From Rhizobiaceae bacterium (GTDB lineage Bacteria > Pseudomonadota > Alphaproteobacteria > Rhizobiales > Rhizobiaceae): 64,000 nt of DNA. The position numbers were made by a program, and so were the translations under genes. Positions 36,213 through 43,705 of the stretch are shown here, piece after piece. The stretch is from the NCBI GenBank assembly GCA_013214695.1, contig JABSRX010000001.1:1610-65609 (forward strand), written 5' to 3'. The notes beneath the pieces are model-generated. The model made no database searches, was not told the DNA's origin, and was given only the letters and a program-made list of their open reading frames with translations. The first letter of the stretch is position 1. The number at the start of each line of letters is the position of its first letter.

Positions 36213-37235
36213 ATGTCTGACCGCCCCCTCCGATTTGCCGCTCTTGGATTGGACCACCGCCACATCTACGGCATGGCAGAAAACATGCAGGATGTTGGCG
36301 GTGAATTCGTTGGCTGGTGGACAAAGGGCGATCCCGGCACGCTGGACGGTTTCAACAAACGCTTTCCCGAGGTGATCGAACGGCGTTTTGACGATTACCG
36401 GGAGCTGCTGGAAGACGAGTCCATCGACCTGATCCTGATCGCCGCCATTCCCTGCGATCGTGCCGCCCTGGCCATCGAAGCCATGCAACATGGCAAGGAC
36501 GTGATGGTCGACAAGCCGGGCTGCACGACCCAACAACAGTTGGATGCCATCAAGGCTTGTGTCGCGGAAACCGGTAGGATCTGGTCGATCAACTTTTCTG
36601 AACGCTTTGAAGTGGCCAGTGTCACCAAGGCCGCCGAGTTGGTTCAACAAGGTGCCATCGGCAAGGTGGTGCAAACGGCAGGACTTGGCCCGCACCGCCT
36701 GAACCGCGCGACGCGACCGGACTGGTTTTTCGACAAGCCGTCCTATGGCGGCATCATTTGTGACATCGCCTCCCATCAGATCGATCAGTTCCTGTATTTC
36801 ACCGGCTCCGAAGACGCCGAGGTGACCATGGCGAGCGTTGGCAATTTCGCCAATCCGGGTGATCCGGGACTGCAGGATTTTGGACAATTGTCGCTGACCA
36901 GTGATCAGGGCCACGGCTATATTCGCGTCGACTGGTATACGCCGGATGCTCTGCCGACCTGGGGCGACGGTCGACTGACGATCTTGGGGACCGAAGGCTA
37001 TATCGAGCTGCGCAAATATGTCGACGTGGCCCGTGAGGACACGACCGACCACCTGTACCTCGTCAATGGGACGCGCTGCGAGCATATCGATTGCCGCGAC
37101 GCCGGATATCCCTACTTTGCCAATCTGGCCAATGACATCCGCAACCGTACCGAAACCGCCATGCCACAGGCACACTGTTTCAAGGTCATGGAACTGGCAT
37201 TGAAAGCCCAGCAGATGGCGGAAGCGGCATCATGA
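36213..37235 (+). CDS. Gfo/Idh/MocA-family oxidoreductase, degenerate dinucleotide motif
   Basis: FAALGLDHRHIYG replaces GxGxxG, and GKDVMVDKP replaces EKP. The ATG lies 11 nt after the previous stop. Confidence 0.75.
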   Translation: MSDRPLRFAALGLDHRHIYGMAENMQDVGGEFVGWWTKGDPGTLDGFNKRFPEVIERRFDDYRELLEDESIDLILIAAIPCDRAALAIEAMQHGKDVMVDKPGCTTQQQLDAIKACVAETGRIWSINFSERFEVASVTKAAELVQQGAIGKVVQTAGLGPHRLNRATRPDWFFDKPSYGGIICDIASHQIDQFLYFTGSEDAEVTMASVGNFANPGDPGLQDFGQLSLTSDQGHGYIRVDWYTPDALPTWGDGRLTILGTEGYIELRKYVDVAREDTTDHLYLVNGTRCEHIDCRDAGYPYFANLANDIRNRTETAMPQAHCFKVMELALKAQQMAEAAS

Positions 37236-38305
37236 GCACCCCCCGTAAAGTCGCCATTATCGGCGCCGGAATCGGCGAACAACATCTGGCCGCGTATCGC
37301 AATCTTCCCGAGCGCTTTGAAGTCGCCGTGCTCTGCGACCTCGACTTGCAGCGCGCTGAATCTATCGCTGGCGATGACCCATCGCTCAAGCTGACCGACG
37401 ATTTCCAGTCGGTGTTAAATGACCCGGAAATCGAACTGATCGACATTTGCCTGCCACCACATCTGCATTTTGAAACGTCGATGGCAGGATTGGAACACGG
37501 CAAACATGTGGTGTGCGAGAAACCGCTGGTCAGTTCGCTGCGCGATGCCGATCGGCTGGCAACTCAGGCAAAGAAGTTCGATCGTATTCTCACGCCGGTG
37601 TTCCAATACCGCTATGGCATGGCGACGGCCCAATTGCGGGCGCTGATTGAAGCTGGGCTGGCCGGGCGCCCGCTTGTTGCCAGTATCGAGACCCACTGGA
37701 ACCGGCAGAAAGACTATTATGCCATTGCCTGGCGCGGCACCTGGGCGGGAGAACAGGGCGGCGCGGTGTTGGGGCACGCCATCCACAATCACGACCTGCT
37801 GTGCGCCTTTTTTGGACCGGTCAAACGCCTGTCCGCGCTCGCCACCACGCGGGTCAACGACATCGAGGTCGAAGACTGCGCATCGATTTCGTTTGAAATG
37901 GAAAATGGCGCGCTGGCGTCCAGTTCGATAACACTGGGCGCGGCGCAGGACACGACGCGGTTGCGCTTTGTTTTTGAAGGCCTGACCGCGGAAAGTGGCA
38001 GCCTGCCCTATGCGCCAGCCGAAGACGTTTGGCGGTTTTCGGCGCGCGGCCAGGTCAGCCAGGATCAGGTCGATGAATGCCTTGCGGCAGTGCCGGAAGT
38101 CGGCAGCGGATTTACCGGATTTTTCAGTGCCTTGGCCGACCGTCTAGATGGTGACGGTGGCCGGGTTGGCGCGGCAGTGACCTTGGAGGACGGGCGCCGT
38201 TCGCTGGAGTTGGTTTCCGCCATCTACCACGCTGTGCGTACGTCCCGTATCGTGGAACTGCCGCTGGGAGCGGACAGCCCGCTCTATGAAGGCTGGACGC
38301 CCTGA
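37232..38305 (+). CDS. Gfo/Idh/MocA-family oxidoreductase
   Basis: It has VAIIGAGIGEQH and GKHVVCEKP motifs. It shares a 4-bp overlap with the upstream gene. Confidence 0.8.
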   Translation: MSTPRKVAIIGAGIGEQHLAAYRNLPERFEVAVLCDLDLQRAESIAGDDPSLKLTDDFQSVLNDPEIELIDICLPPHLHFETSMAGLEHGKHVVCEKPLVSSLRDADRLATQAKKFDRILTPVFQYRYGMATAQLRALIEAGLAGRPLVASIETHWNRQKDYYAIAWRGTWAGEQGGAVLGHAIHNHDLLCAFFGPVKRLSALATTRVNDIEVEDCASISFEMENGALASSSITLGAAQDTTRLRFVFEGLTAESGSLPYAPAEDVWRFSARGQVSQDQVDECLAAVPEVGSGFTGFFSALADRLDGDGGRVGAAVTLEDGRRSLELVSAIYHAVRTSRIVELPLGADSPLYEGWTP

Positions 38306-38312
38306 GGCGTCC
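38295..38312 (+). terminator. Hairpin spanning the stop codon of the third oxidoreductase gene
   Basis: The stem is ggacgcc-ctga-ggcgtcc. A T-rich tract (ttattttct) follows about 10 nt later, so this is weak as a canonical terminator. Confidence 0.35.
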
Positions 38313-38349
38313 GCTCAACATTATTTTCTGATGGTCGCGCGCCGCGCGC

Positions 38350-38377
38350 CGCTCGCCGCTCGCCGCCCGTCGCTAGC
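38350..38377. repeat. Heptamer tandem repeat (CGCTCGC CGCTCGC CGCCCGT CGCTAGC), copy 1
   Basis: Read directly and preceded by GCGC. The terminal CGCTAGC unit contains the TAG stop of a minus-strand ORF. It has the same architecture as 46590-46624. Confidence 0.8.
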
Positions 38378-38528
38378 GGGAGACGATTTTTCCGGCAGCG
38401 TCGATGAGACGGAAGGCAGCACGGCTCAGCGAATAATCCATGCCAGCGTCAGTTGGCTGATGGTTGGCAACCCGGTGGTCCGAAGCAATGGTCGGACGCA
38501 ACAGATTGGTCATAGCAAATGGGTTCAT
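38373..38528 (-). CDS. Unannotated small ORF, 51 aa (MNPFAMTNLLRPTIASDHRVANHQPTDAGMDYSLSRAAFRLIDAAGKIVSR)
   Basis: The ATG is preceded by GAGGGAGGAT with about 7-nt spacing. It lies in an otherwise empty 520-bp gap and is below the 60-aa track cutoff. I recognise no family. Confidence 0.45.
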   Translation of the reverse strand: MNPFAMTNLLRPTIASDHRVANHQPTDAGMDYSLSRAAFRLIDAAGKIVSR

Positions 38529-38828
38529 ATCGGGATCCTCCCTCTTCGTGTCTGATGTGTGGCGATCACATAGGGCCGGGCGGCTGATTCAACGAATGCA
38601 AAGATTGCGGGGGAGCCATGCAAAAACCGCGAGTCTTTGGCCCATTTCATGCGCTTTCCCCCAATCACAGCAGCAGTTAACGGGGCTTTCAGTTAAAATT
38701 GGATCGAAGCGATCAAAAAATGGGACTTTTTGCGCAAGGTTGGGTCAACCTTCACTTGTTAACCATTCAGGACCTGAGCCCACTGCGGCAGATTTCTATT
38801 TGGTTGAAAGGCCAGATTGGGGCGCTGA

Positions 38829-41456
38829 ATGGAATTTCCAATTCCAGAAAATGAGGACGAACGTCTGGCCAGTTTAAGCCAGTTGAACCTCATTGATGGG
38901 CCTGCCAATCGAGAATTGGACGCAATCGTCAAGCTGGTGGCGACAAGCCTCGATTGCGCCTCGGCGGTGGTATCCTTGCTCGACAAGGATTTCCAATGGT
39001 TCAAGGCCAAGGTCAATCTGGATCCGGATCGCACCGAGCGCAAAGACGCCTTTTGCAACCACACGATCACCGAAAATGATGTTTTTGTCGTTGAAAACGC
39101 CCTTGAGGATCCACGTTTTCGCGACAATCCCCTGGTGACCGATCTGCCAGGGATACGTGCCTATGCTGGCTGCCCCATTTCGATTGATGGTGAGCATGCG
39201 CTGGGCGCGCTTTGCGTGTTCGATTACGAACCGCGCAGTTTTACGGCAGCCGAACTGGAGCGCCTGAAGAGCTACACATTGGTTGTCGAAGGCCTTCTGC
39301 GCAGCCACGAAAGTTCAAGGCGGGTCAGCCGGGCCATTGCGCTGGCAGAAGAAAAGGAAGCGGAATCCAAGCGCAATTTGATGCGCCTGCAAAAGATCAC
39401 GTCCGCATCCGGCATGGGGGGCTGGGAGCTGTATTTTGCCGAGGAGAAACTGCTCTGGTCGTACCAGACAAAGATCATTCACGAGGTGCCACCAGACTAC
39501 GAGCCGTCGCTCGACACCGCGATCAACTTCTACGCCCCTGAAGCCCGCGAGACCATTCAATCGGCCGTCGAGCGCGGCATTGAATTTGGTCAGGGCTGGG
39601 ACCTCGAATTGCCACTAATCACTCATCGCGGCCGCAGCATTTGGGTCCGGGCAGTGGGGGAACCGATCAAGCAGGACGGGGAAGTCGTCGGCGTGATGGG
39701 GACGTTTCAGGACATCACCCAGGAGCGCAAGGACCGTGAACGGTTGCGAAAATCCGAATTGCTGGCACGGGAACGCTCCGAAGAACTGGACGTCACCCTG
39801 GCCAACATGAAACAGGGCGTCAGCGTTTTTGACAGCCAGGGCAAACTGCTGCTGTGGAATGACAAGTATATTCAGATCTTCGAAAAGCAACCGCAGGAGA
39901 TTTTCAAGGGTGCCACTCTTCGAGACCTCGTGTTGGCGGAAAAGGCGCGCGGCGACTTCAAGGGTGACGTTGACGAAATGATCGCTGAACTGAACGCCGA
40001 TCTGGAGACCGGCAAGACGGTGCGGCGTCAGTTTGAACTGAAAAGCGGACGGATCATTTCTTCGGTGCACGCGGCAATGCCAGGCGGCGGCTGGGTTGGT
40101 ACCCATGACGACATCACCCTACAGGAAAAGACCTCACGCCAGATCGCCCATGCGGCCCATCATGATCCGCTGACCGGGCTGGCCAATCGAACCAAGTTCA
40201 ACATCGAAGTGGCGGCCGCTGTTCTGCGATCCAAGCATCACGGTCAAAGAGCCGCCGTCATGCTCATCGATCTCGATGGTTTCAAAATGGTCAATGACGG
40301 GTTTGGCCACAATACCGGTGATGAATTGCTTAAGGGCGTCAGCGAAAGACTGTTGGCGAGCGTTCGGCCCAATGATCTGGTGGCCCGTCTTGGCGGCGAT
40401 GAGTTCGCCGTCGTTCTGGAATGCGCTCCCGACGTGACGACGCCCATCCACGATATCGCCGAACGGGTCCTGTCGGCGCTTGAACTGCCGTTCCTGATTG
40501 GCCGTAAGGAAATCATGATCAGCGCCAGCATCGGTGTCTCGTTTATCGAAGACGACGAAAACCCGGTCGAGACGGCAATGGGCAACGCCGATTGCGCGCT
40601 CTACAAGATCAAGCAGGAGGGCAAGCGCGGCTACCGGGTGTTTGATCTGCAGATCAATATGGAAGTGACCCAAAAGCGGGTGCGCGAACTGGATCTGCGG
40701 GAAGTCACCAAGCTCAAAGCCTTTGAACTTCATTACCAGCCCATCCACGCCATGGGCGACAGCGAAATCTCCGGATTTGAAGCGCTGATCCGCTGGAACA
40801 GTCAGGACCACGAAGTTCAATATCCCGATCAGTTCATTCCGATGGCGGAAGATCTCGGCCTGATCCAGGAGATCGGCGATTGGGTGATCCGGTCCAGCAT
40901 CGCCCAGGCGAAGGACTGGCCCGATCATTTGCGCCTGGCCCTGAACGTGTCACCACGACAGCTGGGGCGCGGACAATTGTTCCAGGTGGTGCGCGACACC
41001 TTGAAGCTGCACAACTTTGACAGCAACAGGCTGGAACTTGAGATCACCGAACATGCAATGATCCAGGACGACGAGGCGACGATCACGGAACTGCGCGATC
41101 TGAAGGAACTGGGTGTGCGTATCGCGCTCGACGATTTCGGCACCGGCTATTCATCGCTCAGCTACCTGCATCGCTTCCCATTCGACAAGCTGAAGATCGA
41201 CCGATCCTTCATCAACGGATTTGAGACCAATGACCGCCGTGCCAACATCATTCGCGCCATCGTTGCCATGGCCGTCAGCCTCGGTATCGAGGTCACCGCG
41301 GAGGGTGTCGAGACCGAGGATCAACTGCTGCTTCTCAAGCTGATGGGCTGCACATTTGCGCAGGGCTATTTCTTCGCAAAACCCATGCCGGCGGACGCCA
41401 TTCCCATTCTATGCGACGATGGGAAAAACGAATCACTTGCAAGGATCAGCGCTTAA
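38829..41456 (+). CDS. GAF-PAS-PAS-GGDEF-EAL signalling protein (c-di-GMP synthase/phosphodiesterase)
   Basis: The N-terminal GAF region is ENEDERLASLSQLNLID. The GGDEF site is intact (RLGGDEFAV). The EAL motifs are intact (FEALIRW, DDFGTGYSSL, KIDRSF, EGVET). Confidence 0.95.
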   Translation: MEFPIPENEDERLASLSQLNLIDGPANRELDAIVKLVATSLDCASAVVSLLDKDFQWFKAKVNLDPDRTERKDAFCNHTITENDVFVVENALEDPRFRDNPLVTDLPGIRAYAGCPISIDGEHALGALCVFDYEPRSFTAAELERLKSYTLVVEGLLRSHESSRRVSRAIALAEEKEAESKRNLMRLQKITSASGMGGWELYFAEEKLLWSYQTKIIHEVPPDYEPSLDTAINFYAPEARETIQSAVERGIEFGQGWDLELPLITHRGRSIWVRAVGEPIKQDGEVVGVMGTFQDITQERKDRERLRKSELLARERSEELDVTLANMKQGVSVFDSQGKLLLWNDKYIQIFEKQPQEIFKGATLRDLVLAEKARGDFKGDVDEMIAELNADLETGKTVRRQFELKSGRIISSVHAAMPGGGWVGTHDDITLQEKTSRQIAHAAHHDPLTGLANRTKFNIEVAAAVLRSKHHGQRAAVMLIDLDGFKMVNDGFGHNTGDELLKGVSERLLASVRPNDLVARLGGDEFAVVLECAPDVTTPIHDIAERVLSALELPFLIGRKEIMISASIGVSFIEDDENPVETAMGNADCALYKIKQEGKRGYRVFDLQINMEVTQKRVRELDLREVTKLKAFELHYQPIHAMGDSEISGFEALIRWNSQDHEVQYPDQFIPMAEDLGLIQEIGDWVIRSSIAQAKDWPDHLRLALNVSPRQLGRGQLFQVVRDTLKLHNFDSNRLELEITEHAMIQDDEATITELRDLKELGVRIALDDFGTGYSSLSYLHRFPFDKLKIDRSFINGFETNDRRANIIRAIVAMAVSLGIEVTAEGVETEDQLLLLKLMGCTFAQGYFFAKPMPADAIPILCDDGKNESLARISA

Positions 41457-41520
41457 CTGCAATTTTATGCGCTGAATCAAGTCTCTGAGAGCTTAAAATC
41501 AACAGGATTAATGTCGCGAT

Positions 41521-41570
41521 TTGGCGAAATTCGGCCAAATATGGCGAAAATAAGCACGAATTTGCCAATT
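41521..41570. promoter_or_regulatory. Phased TTGGC/GCCAA-type repeats (TTGGCGAAAT, GGCCAAAT, TGGCGAAAA, TTGCCAATT)
   Basis: Read directly. The units begin near 41521, 41533, 41542 and 41562, at spacings of roughly 9-20 bp (about one to two helical turns). They sit in the lower-GC spacer downstream of the GGDEF-EAL gene. Confidence 0.3.
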
Positions 41571-41789
41571 TAGCCGCCCGGACTCTTGTCAATTTACGCT
41601 TGGTTAACCACACTCAACTCACATTTCAGGTTTGGAGTTCGCGTAATCCTGGAGTGTGAAGTTGACGGCTCAAAGAGTACTGAGGGGACCGGTAGTTTCG
41701 GAGCCAGAGTCAGCGCATCAGGGGGCGGACACCATCTTCCTTTTGATGATCGAAACGAAACATTTTGATTGGTCCGGGGGGACAATCTG

Positions 41790-42059
41790 ATGCACACAAA
41801 GACGAACGAAATTCACGAAGAAAAGATCGTTGAGGCTGTTCGATATGCGATATCGACACGCTTCTGCCTGGACGAACTGTCGCGCCTTCTGGTGATGGAG
41901 GGTGGTGTCGACCTCGACACGTTGGCCCGCATCATTCGGGAAAACCGTGGCGAGGATGCGATGTCCGAGAATGCGCCGGTTGAACCGGAATTCATTTCCG
42001 ATGCCGCCAACGACACCGGTCCGCTTCGTAATTGGTTTGGACTTAAAACGGCGGTCTAA
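41790..42059 (+). CDS. Hypothetical protein, 89 aa
   Basis: The ATG follows GGGGGGA (8 nt). Third-position GC is moderate. I recognise no family. Confidence 0.4.
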   Translation: MHTKTNEIHEEKIVEAVRYAISTRFCLDELSRLLVMEGGVDLDTLARIIRENRGEDAMSENAPVEPEFISDAANDTGPLRNWFGLKTAV

Positions 42060-42092
42060 CGAAACCGCACCACTGCTTGGACCCAAGCGGCT

Positions 42093-42335
42093 CTAGCCCG
42101 GTTTCCTGTTCTGGGAACCTGAAACCGTGCGATGGGCCGATGCATGCAGATGCTTGTCATCGCCCGTCAGTTGGGCAACCAATGCGTCCACCGCATCCAC
42201 CACTTCGCCCGCCGCCACATATTCGCGTGAATTGATCCTGGCCGACATGCAGACAGACAGGGCTCCCGTTCGGCCTGCCCGCAGGTTGCTCAAAGTCGTG
42301 TGAATGTCGATCGTGCTGCGGCGCGGTTTGGTCAT
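42093..42335 (-). CDS. Hypothetical protein, 80 aa
   Basis: Third-position GC is high, like the neighbouring genes. An AGGAA sequence lies upstream of the ATG. It is divergent from the DUF2793-like operon. I recognise no family. Confidence 0.5.
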   Translation of the reverse strand: MTKPRRSTIDIHTTLSNLRAGRTGALSVCMSARINSREYVAAGEVVDAVDALVAQLTGDDKHLHASAHRTVSGSQNRKPG

Positions 42336-42678
42336 GGGATGATTCCTACTATATCTAGGAACTTATTCCTATGATGGTTACGGGTCAACGCCAATTTCAG
42401 CCGTCCTGAAAATTGTTTGATGCCGTCGTTCAGTGATGATCATAGAACGGGGCTGTGCCTTTAGCGGGTATAAATCAGTTGAACGACAGGTCGACTGACA
42501 TGAAAAAGATCGTTTTGCGCAAACAGGCCAAAGATTGGCAAAAAAAGCTGTCTCGACCACTCATAATTATGCAGGGTTGAGCTCAAATCACCAAAAACGG
42601 CCACCCAACTTATCCTCGCGGTCCACACCTGCCTCATAGTTGCGAACAGTCAATTCGCAGCCCACACGAGGCGGAACC

Positions 42679-43380
42679 ATGTCCGAGAGCACATCCAATC
42701 TGGCCCTGCCCTACATTTTGTCGGCACAGGCGCAAAAGCACGTCACCCACAACGAAGCATTGCGCCATCTTGATGCACTGGTTCACCTGAGCGTCGTTTC
42801 AAAAACTCAGGCAACACCGCCCACCGATCCGCCGGATGGGGATCGCTACATCGTCGCCAGCGGCGCATCCGATGTCTGGGCGGGTAAGGAAGATGCCATT
42901 GCCGCTTTTCAGGACGGAGCATGGGCTTTCCACCAACCCAAGCCGGGCTGGTTGGCCTGGATACAAGATCAGGCAGGGCAGGAAGTCTTTGATGGGGCCG
43001 CCTGGATTGATCCGGGCAAAATCGTGCCGAGCGCTGCCCACACGATCAATCGAACAATTGACGAGCACCTCAGCTTGGCTGGTGAAATAACGGTTGCGGC
43101 AACCGAAATACCGGATCGCGCCATAGTGCTGGGGGTATCGGTGAGGGTGCTTGAGACCATTGAGGGCGCAACCTCGTTTGATGTCGGCATTGAGGGAGAC
43201 ATCGCCAAATTTGGCGGCAGTCTGGGCACGGCCGCTGGCAACACCAATATAGGCGTGATCGGCCCGCACGCCGTCTACGAGCCGACACCCATACAGCTCA
43301 CCGCCAATGGAGGCCCCTTCGCCAGCGGCACAATCGCGCTTGCCCTGCACTTCATCCAGTGCGGGCCGCCGGCGCTTTGA
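42679..43380 (+). CDS. DUF2793-like protein, 233 aa
   Basis: The N-terminal NLALPYILSAQAQKHVTHNEALRHLDAL matches my recollection of the DUF2793 signature. It has no signal peptide or TM segment. Confidence 0.6.
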   Translation: MSESTSNLALPYILSAQAQKHVTHNEALRHLDALVHLSVVSKTQATPPTDPPDGDRYIVASGASDVWAGKEDAIAAFQDGAWAFHQPKPGWLAWIQDQAGQEVFDGAAWIDPGKIVPSAAHTINRTIDEHLSLAGEITVAATEIPDRAIVLGVSVRVLETIEGATSFDVGIEGDIAKFGGSLGTAAGNTNIGVIGPHAVYEPTPIQLTANGGPFASGTIALALHFIQCGPPAL

Positions 43381-43393
43381 TCGGGATCACCGC

Positions 43394-43705
43394 ATGACCG
43401 ACACTATCTGCATTCAGCGCGGACAATGGCTGCCCCTGCGCTTCACCTTTTGGGCCGATCCGGAGAAAACCACCGGCGTGGATCTGCGTGACTCGACCGT
43501 CACCGTCAGCGAATCCAGTCTGGAGGCCCTGAGCCAACTAACACCGACGCCCACCGAACCAGAGAACGGCATCGTCGAACTGACCATCGGGGAAGAGCAC
43601 AGCCTTCAGCTCGACATAGGTCGGGTCAATTGGTTCAAGCTGGAAGTCCAGTTTGCCGACACCAACATCCTCACGCCGAAAATCTGGATCAAGGCCGATG
43701 GCTGA
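43394..43705 (+). CDS. Hypothetical protein, 103 aa (beta-rich)
   Basis: It starts 13 nt after the upstream stop and overlaps the downstream start by 8 nt. I recognise no motif. Confidence 0.55.
   Translation: MTDTICIQRGQWLPLRFTFWADPEKTTGVDLRDSTVTVSESSLEALSQLTPTPTEPENGIVELTIGEEHSLQLDIGRVNWFKLEVQFADTNILTPKIWIKADG

Noticed and set aside
38350-38377. CRISPR-like or minisatellite interpretation of the heptamer repeats.
   Set aside because: The units are only 7 nt and contiguous, with no spacers and no cas genes. I report them only as a short tandem repeat family.
38286-38877. Track ORFs 38286-38555 (+) and 38464-38877 (+) in the gap before the GGDEF-EAL gene.
   Set aside because: They have no RBS and run through the heptamer repeat and promoter DNA, and their composition is odd. 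I preferred the minus-strand 51-aa ORF with a strong SD.
41493-41511. Possible CtrA box (TTAA…TTAA) upstream of the island, which would have supported GTA-type regulation.
   Set aside because: The spacing is 11 nt, not the canonical TTAA-N7-TTAA. There is no TTAA-N7-TTAA in 42336-42678 directly upstream of the DUF2793-like gene.
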